A stretch of 64,000 nucleotides of DNA from Patescibacteria group bacterium. GTDB taxonomy: Bacteria; Patescibacteriota; Microgenomatia; UBA10105; UBA927. This document shows positions 1 through 9,309 of this stretch, piece after piece. The notes beneath the pieces are model-generated. The model was not told where the DNA came from, ran no database searches, and worked only from the letters and a program-made list of their open reading frames with translations. How positions within the stretch are numbered: the stretch's first letter is position 1; each line of letters opens with the position of its first letter. The position numbers and the translations under genes were made by a program. The stretch covers positions 2,027 to 66,026 of the forward strand of contig JBGSUE010000045.1 in assembly GCA_041753515.1 (NCBI GenBank), in the 5' to 3' direction.

Positions 1-2
1 TT

Positions 3-143
3 GTTTGGATAGCGGATAGACACAAAATGATGCAGCATATTAGGAATGATCCATATGTGGAGTTCATAGAATTGGGTAGGATTAAGCAGACGGGCAGAAA
101 ATACACAAAATACTTCAGTGAAGATGTTATCGGAGATGTCTGA
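3..143 (+). CDS. C-terminal fragment of a hypothetical protein entering from the left edge
   Basis: Open frame VWIADRHK...EDVIGDV ending TGA at 141-143; no recognisable motif. Confidence 0.35.
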   Translation, partial: VWIADRHKMMQHIRNDPYVEFIELGRIKQTGRKYTKYFSEDVIGDV

Positions 144-292
144 TTAAAATTCTATGCTTTTATAGATCCAACCGTACAAGCAAATAGGAGTATAGCACTC
201 TTTAAAATAAAACATCACGCTCAGAGAAAATGAAAGTAGCATATGATCTGATGACCAGATCAGATCCTATTTTCATGCTACTCGTCGCGGCA

Positions 293-628
293 TCAAGATT
301 TGATTGCCGCTCGAAACCAGATCGCACCGGCCAGATGGAAGACACACATTACTGCGAGCGGATGCAGCCAGAGGGCAAGGCCAGCGAGCAAGAAGGAAAG
401 CCAGAATGAAGACAAAGCTTCACCAATCCATCCCTGGACGCCACCGTAAATGGGCCATTCCATGCCCCAGATCTCATCGGCGAAGAATGCTCTGCCAGCA
501 ACCAGCAGTAACGCCGACCAGACGAGAATTCCTACCCAACCGGTTTTACTGCTAGACGCAACTGCGACGGAAAGAATTGCGATCACAAGCAGTGTGAACA
601 AATTGGTTACACGACGTTTTGAAAACAT
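293..628 (-). CDS. Hypothetical membrane protein (about 4 TM segments)
   Basis: Hydrophobic ORF; ATG at 628 is preceded by an AGGAG Shine-Dalgarno. Confidence 0.7.
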   Translation of the reverse strand: MFSKRRVTNLFTLLVIAILSVAVASSSKTGWVGILVWSALLLVAGRAFFADEIWGMEWPIYGGVQGWIGEALSSFWLSFLLAGLALWLHPLAVMCVFHLAGAIWFRAAIKS

Positions 629-840
629 ATGAACTCCTATCTCCTTGAACAAGGGAGAAAAACTAAGAATCAATTATTGCTTCCCAATTTATCTCCCTCG
701 TTTGAGCGTGATGTTTGTAAAGGTACATTATTCAATTGAAGTTAATAACATTATAGGATTATACAATATCATGTTAAAACTGGCAATCAAATCACTGAGT
801 AATACATCCGAATTTGAAAGGCTACGGGGTACAAAAACAT

Positions 841-968
841 CCCCGCTTTATGCGGGGTATTTTCGTATTTCGTCCGTGAGAACCGTTTCCGAAGGAATGG
901 TTCTCCAACCGGCAGTTAACGAGTCTGCGAGTTCTACTGCCGGCGAGTCCCGATCAGAATTGATCGGG
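841..968. repeat. Cluster of GC-rich hairpins in an intergenic region
   Basis: CCCCGC-TTTAT-GCGGGG (841-857, followed by T-rich sequence), GAGAACCGTTTCC/GGAATGGTTCTC, CCGGCAGT/ACTGCCGG and CCCGATCA-GAAT-TGATCGGG (949-968). Confidence 0.6.
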
Positions 969-1010
969 GAATCCTGCACTAGATTCATATACAACAAGAT
1001 GTATAATGAT

Positions 1011-2435
1011 TTACTTAATTCTATTTAAACTATTTTGTATAAGTTTCTCCTGAAGTGGATTAAGAGATAGACCGATCGCCTGACTATATTTTCTTAATGC
1101 AGATAATCTAGTATTATATGTGTCCTGAGTAATAAATAATCTATCTCCTTTTTCCAATCCCTTTAAAAAGTTGTTAAATAATGCTTGTTCATCAGGATAT
1201 CTGGATATGCAGAAATCAGTCGTAGGAATATCTCCCTCTTCTTGAATATAGATTGGGATAGGCTTCTCATGAACGTTGAAATCAAAATATTCCAGTATTG
1301 GTTGTTTCCCAATATACTTTTCACGCGGGACTCGAATTTGAGTTCCCATATCAGATAACCTCTCAAGACCTCTTAACCATACATAATTCGAAAAAGTGTC
1401 AAAATCCAGTGGGTCAACCCAAAACTTTGTAATGCTGCCGCCTTTAAGTGTAGGAAGGGTTAATATTGAATCCGGTCTGGATGGGGTATAAAAAACAAAC
1501 GGTACCTGTTTAGAATTTAGAATTACAGATGGTATAGCCAATCTGGGATCAGCCTCTGCAATAATCGGTACTCGAAGCTGTTCTGCAGGTCTTTTTGCAA
1601 TATATTCAGGAATTTGTTCTGCAAGTCGAATGAGTTCTTCAACAGTTCTCACTGACGGACGAAAATGTTCAGGGTATTGTTCACTATGATGCATCATTTC
1701 ATAAATTCCTTTAGCCCAAAAACCAGTTATACCGATTTTCTGGAGCGCCCACTCTGTCGCTTCAAACGATTCATGATCTTTTGACAGTAATTGAACCATT
1801 TTTTGAATCGTATCACTGGAAATCGGATGCAAAATATCTTGTGCGTACTCATGTAAATCAAGATTTGAATTGATTGTTTTATTAACATGAGCAGATCGTA
1901 CTAAAGACCTTTGTTGTTCCGGAAGATGCCTGTGGGTTTGCCAAGAAAGGAGTGTGAGTGCGAATGCGACTTCTTTTGCATTTTCCGGTCGGACAATGGT
2001 TGCTTCACGGGATAATCTCATCAACTCACTAGAAACATTATTGCCTAAAAATACTGCACCGTTCACTTCAGATGATGCTGGAATAGGATATGGATCATTG
2101 ACAGATCGTTCAGTAAATTTTGCTGCATTAAATGCGTCCAAAACTACTGTCATCACTTTTCCAGTAACACGTTCAAAATTCATTTGATGATAGCTTAAAG
2201 GACGTATATCGATTGGTGCTTCCAAGATTGAAGTATTTGTAACATGAAAAGCCCGCGGACAGGATTTGAGTGATTCTTTTGGATCACCAATCATCATTGG
2301 ATTACCTGGAAGATCTATTGCTGGATATAGTGGACGAAGTATCGATCGTGTTTCATATGGGTCAAATTTTAATAAACGGTCGGCAAAGGAATCCGGCGGA
2401 ACTAACGATTCAGTATGATTTGTTGTTTCTGTCAT
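1011..2435 (-). CDS. Hypothetical protein (474 aa)
   Basis: Long AT-rich ORF with upstream TGATATACT extended -10; no recognisable family. Confidence 0.75.
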   Translation of the reverse strand: MTETTNHTESLVPPDSFADRLLKFDPYETRSILRPLYPAIDLPGNPMMIGDPKESLKSCPRAFHVTNTSILEAPIDIRPLSYHQMNFERVTGKVMTVVLDAFNAAKFTERSVNDPYPIPASSEVNGAVFLGNNVSSELMRLSREATIVRPENAKEVAFALTLLSWQTHRHLPEQQRSLVRSAHVNKTINSNLDLHEYAQDILHPISSDTIQKMVQLLSKDHESFEATEWALQKIGITGFWAKGIYEMMHHSEQYPEHFRPSVRTVEELIRLAEQIPEYIAKRPAEQLRVPIIAEADPRLAIPSVILNSKQVPFVFYTPSRPDSILTLPTLKGGSITKFWVDPLDFDTFSNYVWLRGLERLSDMGTQIRVPREKYIGKQPILEYFDFNVHEKPIPIYIQEEGDIPTTDFCISRYPDEQALFNNFLKGLEKGDRLFITQDTYNTRLSALRKYSQAIGLSLNPLQEKLIQNSLNRIK

Positions 2436-2673
2436 GTAATAATTATATCAATGCTATATATAGTATATCAAAATACGTTCAACTTTGTCCCAACACGTGT
2501 ACTTACAAAAAGATCTGGCTAAAATGCCAGATTTTTTGTAAATATTCGTTTCGAATATGAACCGGCTTACCGGTTTGCAATCCAGGAGTTAATGAGTCAT
2601 TTCAAATTGATGAGTCTTACTCCTGGCGAGTGGTGAGGCGAAGCCGTACCAAATCCGGCGCGGGTACAATATT

Positions 2674-3270
2674 TCAGAAATACTCCGGACTACCGTGTCG
2701 TCCTGATTCAATATCATCATCCTGATGTTCCGCCATACGTAAAGACAACTCATCTGTTTTGAATAATATATCTCTAAGTCCATCTCCGATGTCTCTGGAG
2801 ATATAATGCATTGATAAAAATTATTCTTGCTGGCTAAAGGTAATTTCCGGATCAGGATCAGATATTTCAAAATCCGGATTAATAAAGCCAGTTAAAAGGT
2901 TCATTTTCCAAGCACAATCAGGATACAGGGAATGAAGAGAAGTCAGTGTCTTTCTGTCCATGGCAACAATACAAGTCGTACATCTGGCTGTTTCCGGGTC
3001 AATCGGAGTAGATATATGGCCGGACATATCTATATTGTGATGTTCTAACCATACCATAAATGGCTCTCTCAAATCCGGTGGATATTGATAAATTCTGTCA
3101 AACAAAGGAGGTACAGGATCATCGGGTGCCACACCTTGGATCCTTCTGGAAAAAGCAATGTATTGAGCTTTAAGTCCATATTCAATGAGTTTGTAATTCG
3201 TGTAATATGCAGCCAGCGGAGCCCGTATAATATCTCCCCTGTCAACATAAACGATAGTTTTAAGTTTCAT
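2674..3270 (-). pseudogene. Low-molecular-weight phosphotyrosine phosphatase-like gene, degenerate, with an in-frame stop
   Basis: LMWPc-like motifs VYVDRGDIIRA (CX5R Cys replaced by Asp), IVAMD and ISDP; TAA at 2821-2823 is followed by 48 more in-frame codons (FLSMHYISRDIGDGLRDIL...) to TGA at 2674. Confidence 0.55.
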
Positions 3271-3484
3271 ATAAAGATGTAATTTACAATTTTCATGTGC
3301 GTATTATATCAAAAAGACGTTAAAAACAGTTTGTACACCTTCCAATTTCGTCCCAACAGGTGAAAAAATTGTAAACCTAATTGTCAAGTAATTTGTACAC
3401 CCGGATTATTTTCAAAAAAGTATGTGAGATCAATGAAGTGTTCGAACATGATCCGGTACGGGGTACATGTATTTCAATACTGTA

Positions 3485-4561
3485 TTAACGCTTTAATCCT
3501 TGTAGAGCTTTCTTTACGAATTTTCCGAATTTCCGGTCTTTTACTCTTTTCTCCAATTCGGTCATTTTATAAAATTCAGATTCTTTTTTTAATTTAATAA
3601 AATTCCGATATTTATATTCGTCAAGTCTATTTTCTTTCACAGCCTGTATCACTGCACAACCTGGTTCACTGGTATGTGTACAATCGGAAAATTTACAATC
3701 ATGGGATAATGTACCGATTTCATCAAATACATGAACAAGTCCCGTATCCGATTCGGAAATTCCTACCTCTCTCGTTCCAGGATTATCGATGAGTAACCCT
3801 CCATTATCCAAAAAATACATTTCCCGTGTGGTCGTTGTGTGTTTTCCTCTTTCAAGAGTTAAACTAATTTCCCTGGTCTTGATTTCGTCTTTTCCAAGTA
3901 GTTTATTAATTAGCGATGATTTCCCGACTCCTGATGATCCCAGAAAACAATAGGTTTTCCCGGGGATGATATACTTTTTAAGTTCCTGGATTCCATTGTC
4001 AGAAATAATACTGGTTGTAATAATGTCAATATCGTTAAACCTGCTTTTTATCTGATTAATCCTGAAATTCAAATCGTTTTCCGAAATCAAATCAATCTTA
4101 TTAAGAATTATTGCAGGTTTCACCTTTCCTTCTTCTACGAGAACTAAAAATCTTTCGAATCGATTCAGATTATAATCCCTATCCATCGACTCTGTAATGA
4201 ATGCAGTATCAATATTTGTGGCAATTATCTGATTATCCTGCTTATTACTGTATTTCTTTTTCAGCACAGTACGTCTGGGAATAATCTTGCGGATAACAGC
4301 TTGTTTTCCGGTTAGACTTTCAAATATTACCCAATCACCGACAGCAGGAAAGTCTTCCCTTTTTGTTGCGATAAACATCTGTTTTCCCGTTATTTTTGCT
4401 ACATATTCATTTCGATCCTTATCTATAATCCGATAGGCTTCCTTATATTCAGCAGTTACTCTGGCAATGGGATAGCTGTCCAGTCCCAGTGTCTTTCTTG
4501 CTGTTTCAAAAAATTCACCATACCCTAGATCTTTCAATTTTATATTCGTTGTTGATTCCAT
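3485..4561 (-). CDS. rsgA: Ribosome small subunit-dependent GTPase A
   Basis: Circularly permuted GTPase motifs NKID, GSSGVGKS, GKHTTT and DNPG; C-terminal CKFSDCTHTSEPGC zinc site. Confidence 0.95.
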   Translation of the reverse strand: MESTTNIKLKDLGYGEFFETARKTLGLDSYPIARVTAEYKEAYRIIDKDRNEYVAKITGKQMFIATKREDFPAVGDWVIFESLTGKQAVIRKIIPRRTVLKKKYSNKQDNQIIATNIDTAFITESMDRDYNLNRFERFLVLVEEGKVKPAIILNKIDLISENDLNFRINQIKSRFNDIDIITTSIISDNGIQELKKYIIPGKTYCFLGSSGVGKSSLINKLLGKDEIKTREISLTLERGKHTTTTREMYFLDNGGLLIDNPGTREVGISESDTGLVHVFDEIGTLSHDCKFSDCTHTSEPGCAVIQAVKENRLDEYKYRNFIKLKKESEFYKMTELEKRVKDRKFGKFVKKALQGLKR

Positions 4562-4705
4562 ATATAAAATTATTACAGGAGATTATACCAGAAAGCTAAA
4601 CGGAAAATTATACTGTTCCAATTTGGTCCCATCACATGATGAATTCACATAACACGTAATAATGGCGCTTGATTGCATTCAGTATATCTGAAGGATAGAC
4701 ACCCG

Positions 4706-5002
4706 TTATTTGACGGTTTTCACTACTTTATCAGCAGCGGTTTTCACGGCAGTAATCATATTTTTGGCTTTTTCCTGTCCTTGGCTGACTTTTTCCGTAA
4801 CCGTGCCTTTCACTTCGTCTACCTTTTCTTTAGTATCATCTATCGCCTGTTCGATTTTTTTCCGGTTCTTTTTATTTGACAACGCCGCAACTCCGGCAAT
4901 TCCAACGGCTGCCGCTCCGACTACCGCGCCAACCACGGCAGCAGCAATGGGATTGACACCTCCTTTGTGAACGTCTGATTTTTGTTTATTTGTGTCTGTC
5001 AT
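4706..5002 (-). CDS. YtxH-like small membrane-anchored coiled-coil protein
   Basis: GAVVGAAAVG hydrophobic segment then K/E-rich helix; GGAGGTG Shine-Dalgarno. Confidence 0.7.
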   Translation of the reverse strand: MTDTNKQKSDVHKGGVNPIAAAVVGAVVGAAAVGIAGVAALSNKKNRKKIEQAIDDTKEKVDEVKGTVTEKVSQGQEKAKNMITAVKTAADKVVKTVK

Positions 5003-5031
5003 ATGTTTCACCTCCTCATCTGAAGATGCGT

Positions 5032-5391
5032 CTACAGTAATAACGATGCTTCATTTAAAATTGTACCCCATTGTATTATAAGTTTTGACCATTGTGCCTG
5101 ATCGGCGACTCCTTCGTGAAATTCCTTTTCAAGACCGTCAAACTGATCGGAAAATGAATTGAAATGGTCAGAAAATTTCGGCGGTAAAGGGAAAGTTTTC
5201 AGTGCATTCACATTTTTTCTGGTCAGTTTCAGATATAAACTGATTCTATGGGTTTCTTTGTAAAAACAAGTTCGGCTCCATTTGCCGATCTGATTGAGGT
5301 TATCAACGGTATCAATCAGGATACTTTCCTGATTTTTCAATGAATAATTACTGGATGTACTTTTAATGTTTATATATATACTATACACCAA
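5032..5391 (-). CDS. Hypothetical protein
   Basis: 119-aa ORF in a run of minus-strand genes. Confidence 0.5.
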   Translation of the reverse strand: MVYSIYINIKSTSSNYSLKNQESILIDTVDNLNQIGKWSRTCFYKETHRISLYLKLTRKNVNALKTFPLPPKFSDHFNSFSDQFDGLEKEFHEGVADQAQWSKLIIQWGTILNEASLLL

Positions 5392-5449
5392 TCATGCTCA
5401 GTAATCCACAGATGTTTAGAAAATGAATATACAGCAATTGAAAAGATGA

Positions 5450-5647
5450 TTATTTCTTTTTACTTCTTTCATCCAATATTTTTAAAGCCGCATCTTCACC
5501 ATTTTTATACGAAGCAGAATATTTTGGATCATTCTGAGCGAATTTTGCCATATTTTCCGCGGATAAACGTTCTTTATCAGACAATACCTTAAATGACCCT
5601 AATGTTTTTAAAAACGCGTAGACAGATGCACCAATTTGTTCAAACAT
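5450..5647 (-). CDS. Small hypothetical protein
   Basis: 65-aa ORF directly downstream of the HAD gene. Confidence 0.5.
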   Translation of the reverse strand: MFEQIGASVYAFLKTLGSFKVLSDKERLSAENMAKFAQNDPKYSASYKNGEDAALKILDERSKKK

Positions 5648-5670
5648 AAAATTTTATGCTCACACATTTT

Positions 5671-6375
5671 TTACAACACGGATTTACTGGTAAACCCGGG
5701 CGGTTCGGCGTCGATATTACGGTTAAGTTCATCAATCCGCTCCGGAAGTTGAGTAAATTTTCTGATAAACCACTTCGCTCCCAATTTTTTAAAATCTTCC
5801 TCTGTCCGAAGCCCTGACTCAATTGATGCTATAAAATGAACACCGGCCGCCCTGCACCACTGGACATCCATAAACGCGTCCCCGACATAGACCATTTCAC
5901 TCATCGCAACATCGAATTCCTTAATAGGCAGCAGAAACACTCTCGGATCCGGTTTTTTATATCCGCTTCTCTCCTGATAGAAAAATGCGTCAATCACCGG
6001 CATAAGGTTTGATTTATCAGAAATCAGATATTCGACCTCGCAATGCTGGCGTGAGGTCTGGATACAGACTTTAAAACCAGCCTCCCTCAAACCCCGCAGG
6101 ACTGACAGATTTTCATCCGGTATATGGTCAAATTCACCTTTATCAATATGTTTTTTTGAAACTCCTGAAAAAAGGCTCATGAATTTTTCCGCGTCTATTC
6201 CCGGTATCCGTTCGGTTATCGCATCTTTGAGCGGTTTTCCCCAATTTGCCTGATGGATATCCCTGGTCATCGGTTCATACTCCATGATTGCCGCTATTTC
6301 ATTTTCCAGGTGAAAACAGGATTCTTCGGACAACACAAGCGTGTCATCAAAATCAACCAATACAAGCTTGATCAT
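5671..6375 (-). CDS. HAD-superfamily hydrolase (phosphoglycolate phosphatase-like)
   Basis: DFDDTL motif I, KKPDP, YVGD. Confidence 0.9.
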   Translation of the reverse strand: MIKLVLVDFDDTLVLSEESCFHLENEIAAIMEYEPMTRDIHQANWGKPLKDAITERIPGIDAEKFMSLFSGVSKKHIDKGEFDHIPDENLSVLRGLREAGFKVCIQTSRQHCEVEYLISDKSNLMPVIDAFFYQERSGYKKPDPRVFLLPIKEFDVAMSEMVYVGDAFMDVQWCRAAGVHFIASIESGLRTEEDFKKLGAKWFIRKFTQLPERIDELNRNIDAEPPGFTSKSVL

Positions 6376-6423
6376 ACGGTTATAATACTCAACTCATGAG
6401 TATCAGTGCAAACTGTGACTGAT

Positions 6424-8031
6424 TTACAGTATAAATCCTGTGACAAGAAGCAATACTGCAAAAAATAGAAAGGCAGGATGAAGCGGGAAACCTGCCTCAG
6501 GCACCTGCAGCGCATGTATGGCGCCGCCGGGCGTGGGTGTATGCGATGGAGACGGATTGGGTACAGGTGTCTGTGTCGAAAGAATTTGGGTTGTGCTTGG
6601 TGTGGGTGAAGACGATTGCTGAGGTGGAATTCCCGTGTTCGTTGCTGTCGGAGAAACTGATTGTGCCTGGAGAGTTGGAGTGGGAGTATATGTGGCTTCC
6701 TGAGGTGATGTGGGGGTAATGTCTGATTGAGTGGGAGTCGGGGTGAGTGATGCTGCCAGTGTGGGTGTTGGAGTGAATGCAGATTCCATCGTTGGTGACG
6801 GCGTAATCTCAGGGTGTGTGGGAGTTACTGTCAATGTTGCCGACTGGGTAGGAGTCGGAGAGCTGTCAGATATACATGAGGATCCGGATGTTGTTAAAAA
6901 TATTTCATTTGTAATCGGAATAGTACGAGTTTCACCATCATATTCCACATAAGACAATGTTGAACCCGGCATGATGACCGGAACTGTTGAGGCACGGTCA
7001 TGCGAAATACTGAAGGAAAACAGTGAACTTTCTCCGGGAACCATTGATGCCCAGTCCCATATATAGGTAGAATCATGTGACTCATCCGGCTGCGGATCAA
7101 TGGATCCGGCAAAAACCTGAAGGAGCGGATTGACAACGATCGTCAATCGTGACGAAACCACAATATCATTCACAATCGTCGCAATCGATTGGTAAATTCC
7201 AGCCAATTGCTGTGCCGTCGGGGCTTCATAGTACATGTGTGAACCGGAGGCTATTTCCTCCAGGATACTGCGGCCGAAATCACCGGATCCGGGATGTGCC
7301 GATTCAATCGCATCAAATCCAAGTCCGATTGTGAACAGCGAAATATCTTGGCCTTCCATGCTTCCTGCAACAGTAAAAACATCATCCGTACAGGCATTTT
7401 CTACCGTCGGCCAATTTTCACAGGCTGCACCGGTGCGCATCCTGTTTGGCAATCCGTCACTCATCAGAACGATGACTTTACGGGCAGTGGAACGCGAGGA
7501 TGCCAACGCCGTCACCGCACTTTCCAAGCCCGACGCTGTATTGGTAAATTGACCGACAGAGATAGCATCAATAGAATGTATCAGTGCCGCCGGGTCGGAA
7601 ATGAGCGGCGACACGATACTCGATGTCGTACCGTATGTCACCAACGCAACACGGTCCCCTGTATCGGAGCCATCCATATTCATGAGTCCGACAAATGTCT
7701 TTGCGGCATTTTTTGCACTCTCCAACGGTTCAGGGGGATACCCACCGGCACTCACCATTGACTGTGATACATCGATGGTCAAGACAACGTCCACCGGCGT
7801 GTCCTGTGATACCGTACCGCCTAAACGCACAACATCAATGATAGCCCGTGCTTCCTCACTGCAGTCTATATCCTGTGAAGATATCGTCTGGCTTATTGCG
7901 TACTGATCCGGCTGATTGCTGGCTTTTTTGCGGATATCCTGCACAAATCCAATGTTTGATAGCATGACCCAAATGCTGACAGCACAAAAAAGGAAAGACA
8001 GTATGATAATAATAGATTTCCTTTTTCCCAT
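6424..8031 (-). CDS. Surface VWA-domain protein with Pro/Thr-rich stalk and C-terminal anchor
   Basis: N-terminal TM; MIDAS DVSQSM, TNT and MSDG; TPTPT repeats; VPEAG followed by a hydrophobic tail. Confidence 0.85.
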   Translation of the reverse strand: MGKRKSIIIILSFLFCAVSIWVMLSNIGFVQDIRKKASNQPDQYAISQTISSQDIDCSEEARAIIDVVRLGGTVSQDTPVDVVLTIDVSQSMVSAGGYPPEPLESAKNAAKTFVGLMNMDGSDTGDRVALVTYGTTSSIVSPLISDPAALIHSIDAISVGQFTNTASGLESAVTALASSRSTARKVIVLMSDGLPNRMRTGAACENWPTVENACTDDVFTVAGSMEGQDISLFTIGLGFDAIESAHPGSGDFGRSILEEIASGSHMYYEAPTAQQLAGIYQSIATIVNDIVVSSRLTIVVNPLLQVFAGSIDPQPDESHDSTYIWDWASMVPGESSLFSFSISHDRASTVPVIMPGSTLSYVEYDGETRTIPITNEIFLTTSGSSCISDSSPTPTQSATLTVTPTHPEITPSPTMESAFTPTPTLAASLTPTPTQSDITPTSPQEATYTPTPTLQAQSVSPTATNTGIPPQQSSSPTPSTTQILSTQTPVPNPSPSHTPTPGGAIHALQVPEAGFPLHPAFLFFAVLLLVTGFIL

Positions 8032-8081
8032 GTGTACCTCGTATTACATCATATTTTCCCAGTATGTACTATACTGAATAT

Positions 8082-8507
8082 ATGGGTACATCTTTTCTCC
8101 CATACCATACATTTACGTATATATATTCGAAAGTCAGACGGTTTTGTATCGACCTGTTACTTCACTCTGAAAACGGAATACTTCTCACGAAAAGATCAAT
8201 CGATCCCATGAAAGGGTATTGGCATTTACCGGGAGGTACAGTATTGCGTAATGAAACGATACATCAGGCAATTTCGCGTATCGCATTGGAGGAAATTGTA
8301 ACGGACGTTACCATTGTCGGATTGTCAGGAATAATCGAATACAACGAAAAATCTGGACCGGGACGGCCCATCAGCGCAGTGTATACAGTACGACCGATTT
8401 TACCGCCGAAAAACGGCAGTCAATCATCGGAAATTCGATATTTCATGAATATACCGGAGATGACACTCCTTGAGGTAAAACATTTCCTGCAGAAAAATCT
8501 GGCCTGA
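8082..8507 (+). CDS. NUDIX hydrolase
   Basis: Nudix box LPGGTVLRNETIHQAISRIALEE; TATACT 6 nt before ATG 8082. Confidence 0.85.
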   Translation: MGTSFLPYHTFTYIYSKVRRFCIDLLLHSENGILLTKRSIDPMKGYWHLPGGTVLRNETIHQAISRIALEEIVTDVTIVGLSGIIEYNEKSGPGRPISAVYTVRPILPPKNGSQSSEIRYFMNIPEMTLLEVKHFLQKNLA

Positions 8508-8521
8508 CACGTGCATTCTTT

Positions 8522-9037
8522 TTATGGCTTATCTGTCATAAACTTCACTGTTGCTGTTTTTTCCTGACCATTGGGAGCAAATGCAGTAACGATTATCTCA
8601 TCACTACCAGCCTCTAGCGATATCTGGGCGCTAAAGAAACCGTTGGAAGCTGCATCTGTTGCCGTTTCATCCGTATCGGTATAAATAACAAGACTGGCTC
8701 CCGCTATTGTCTGTCCGCTGACAACAACGGTATCATCCGTTATAAGAGTATCTTGAGTAGGGCTATCAATAATTAACGGAAAGGTATCCGGTGTGGGGCT
8801 CGCCTGCACGCGCGGCATTGGCGTCGGAATAGTTCTTTTTGCTTCCTCTGCCATCTGATTCAGCTGCTGCTGGTACCCAGCATATCCAATCAGTAGTATA
8901 AGAGATAGAAGAATGAAAATACCAAATACACAGTACAGTATTGATTTTCTTGGTTTTGGCTTAGGATCCGGCATCGATAAAGTTTTCAGTAAATCCTCGG
9001 CAACCTGCTCGTGTTGTGTTTGCTGATTTTCATCCAT
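8522..9037 (-). CDS. Membrane-anchored protein with C-terminal Ig-like domain
   Basis: Single TM, Pro/Thr linker, beta-rich VSGQT...GFFSAQISL domain. Confidence 0.75.
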   Translation of the reverse strand: MDENQQTQHEQVAEDLLKTLSMPDPKPKPRKSILYCVFGIFILLSLILLIGYAGYQQQLNQMAEEAKRTIPTPMPRVQASPTPDTFPLIIDSPTQDTLITDDTVVVSGQTIAGASLVIYTDTDETATDAASNGFFSAQISLEAGSDEIIVTAFAPNGQEKTATVKFMTDKP

Positions 9038-9078
9038 GCCTTAACAGTACATGACGGGACAGTGTTTCGTCAACTCTC

Positions 9079-9219
9079 TTAAAATAACATGTAGATAAAG
9101 GGGCTTACAGGAGATGACGTGGAAACGTAGATAAGCACAGCAACGATGAGGATGATGATGACCGGCGGGGCCATCCACCAGACTTTATTCTTCCACATGT
9201 ACCTGAAGAGATCCTTCAT
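9079..9219 (-). CDS. DUF5989-like small membrane protein (46 aa; absent from the ORF track)
   Basis: MKDLFRYMWKNKVWWMAPPVIIILIVAVLIYVSTSSPVSPFIYMLF; KxWW...PFIYxLF signature, located after a carbamoyltransferase. Confidence 0.8.
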   Translation of the reverse strand: MKDLFRYMWKNKVWWMAPPVIIILIVAVLIYVSTSSPVSPFIYMLF

Positions 9220-9231
9220 ATTGATGATGAT

Positions 9232-9309
9232 CAAATCACAAATCTCAATTTCAAAATCTCAATAATAATTATAATACTATTGTGATTTTGGATTTGTGAT
9301 TTTGGATTT
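9232..9309. repeat. Inverted pair of 7-nt tandem repeat arrays
   Basis: CAAATCA CAAATCT CAATTTC AAAATCT (9232-9262) facing TTGTGAT TTTGGAT TTGTGAT TTTGGAT (9280-9309). Confidence 0.75.

Noticed and set aside
2589-2870. 93-aa ORF as a separate gene or frameshifted phosphatase tail
   Set aside because: It crosses the cassette boundary motif; in-frame read-through of the upstream ORF explains the region better.
6530-6860. Repetitive DNA in the VWA gene as a possible repeat array or CRISPR
   Set aside because: Explained by the Pro/Thr-rich protein linker; no CRISPR repeat-spacer pattern or cas gene was seen anywhere in the window.
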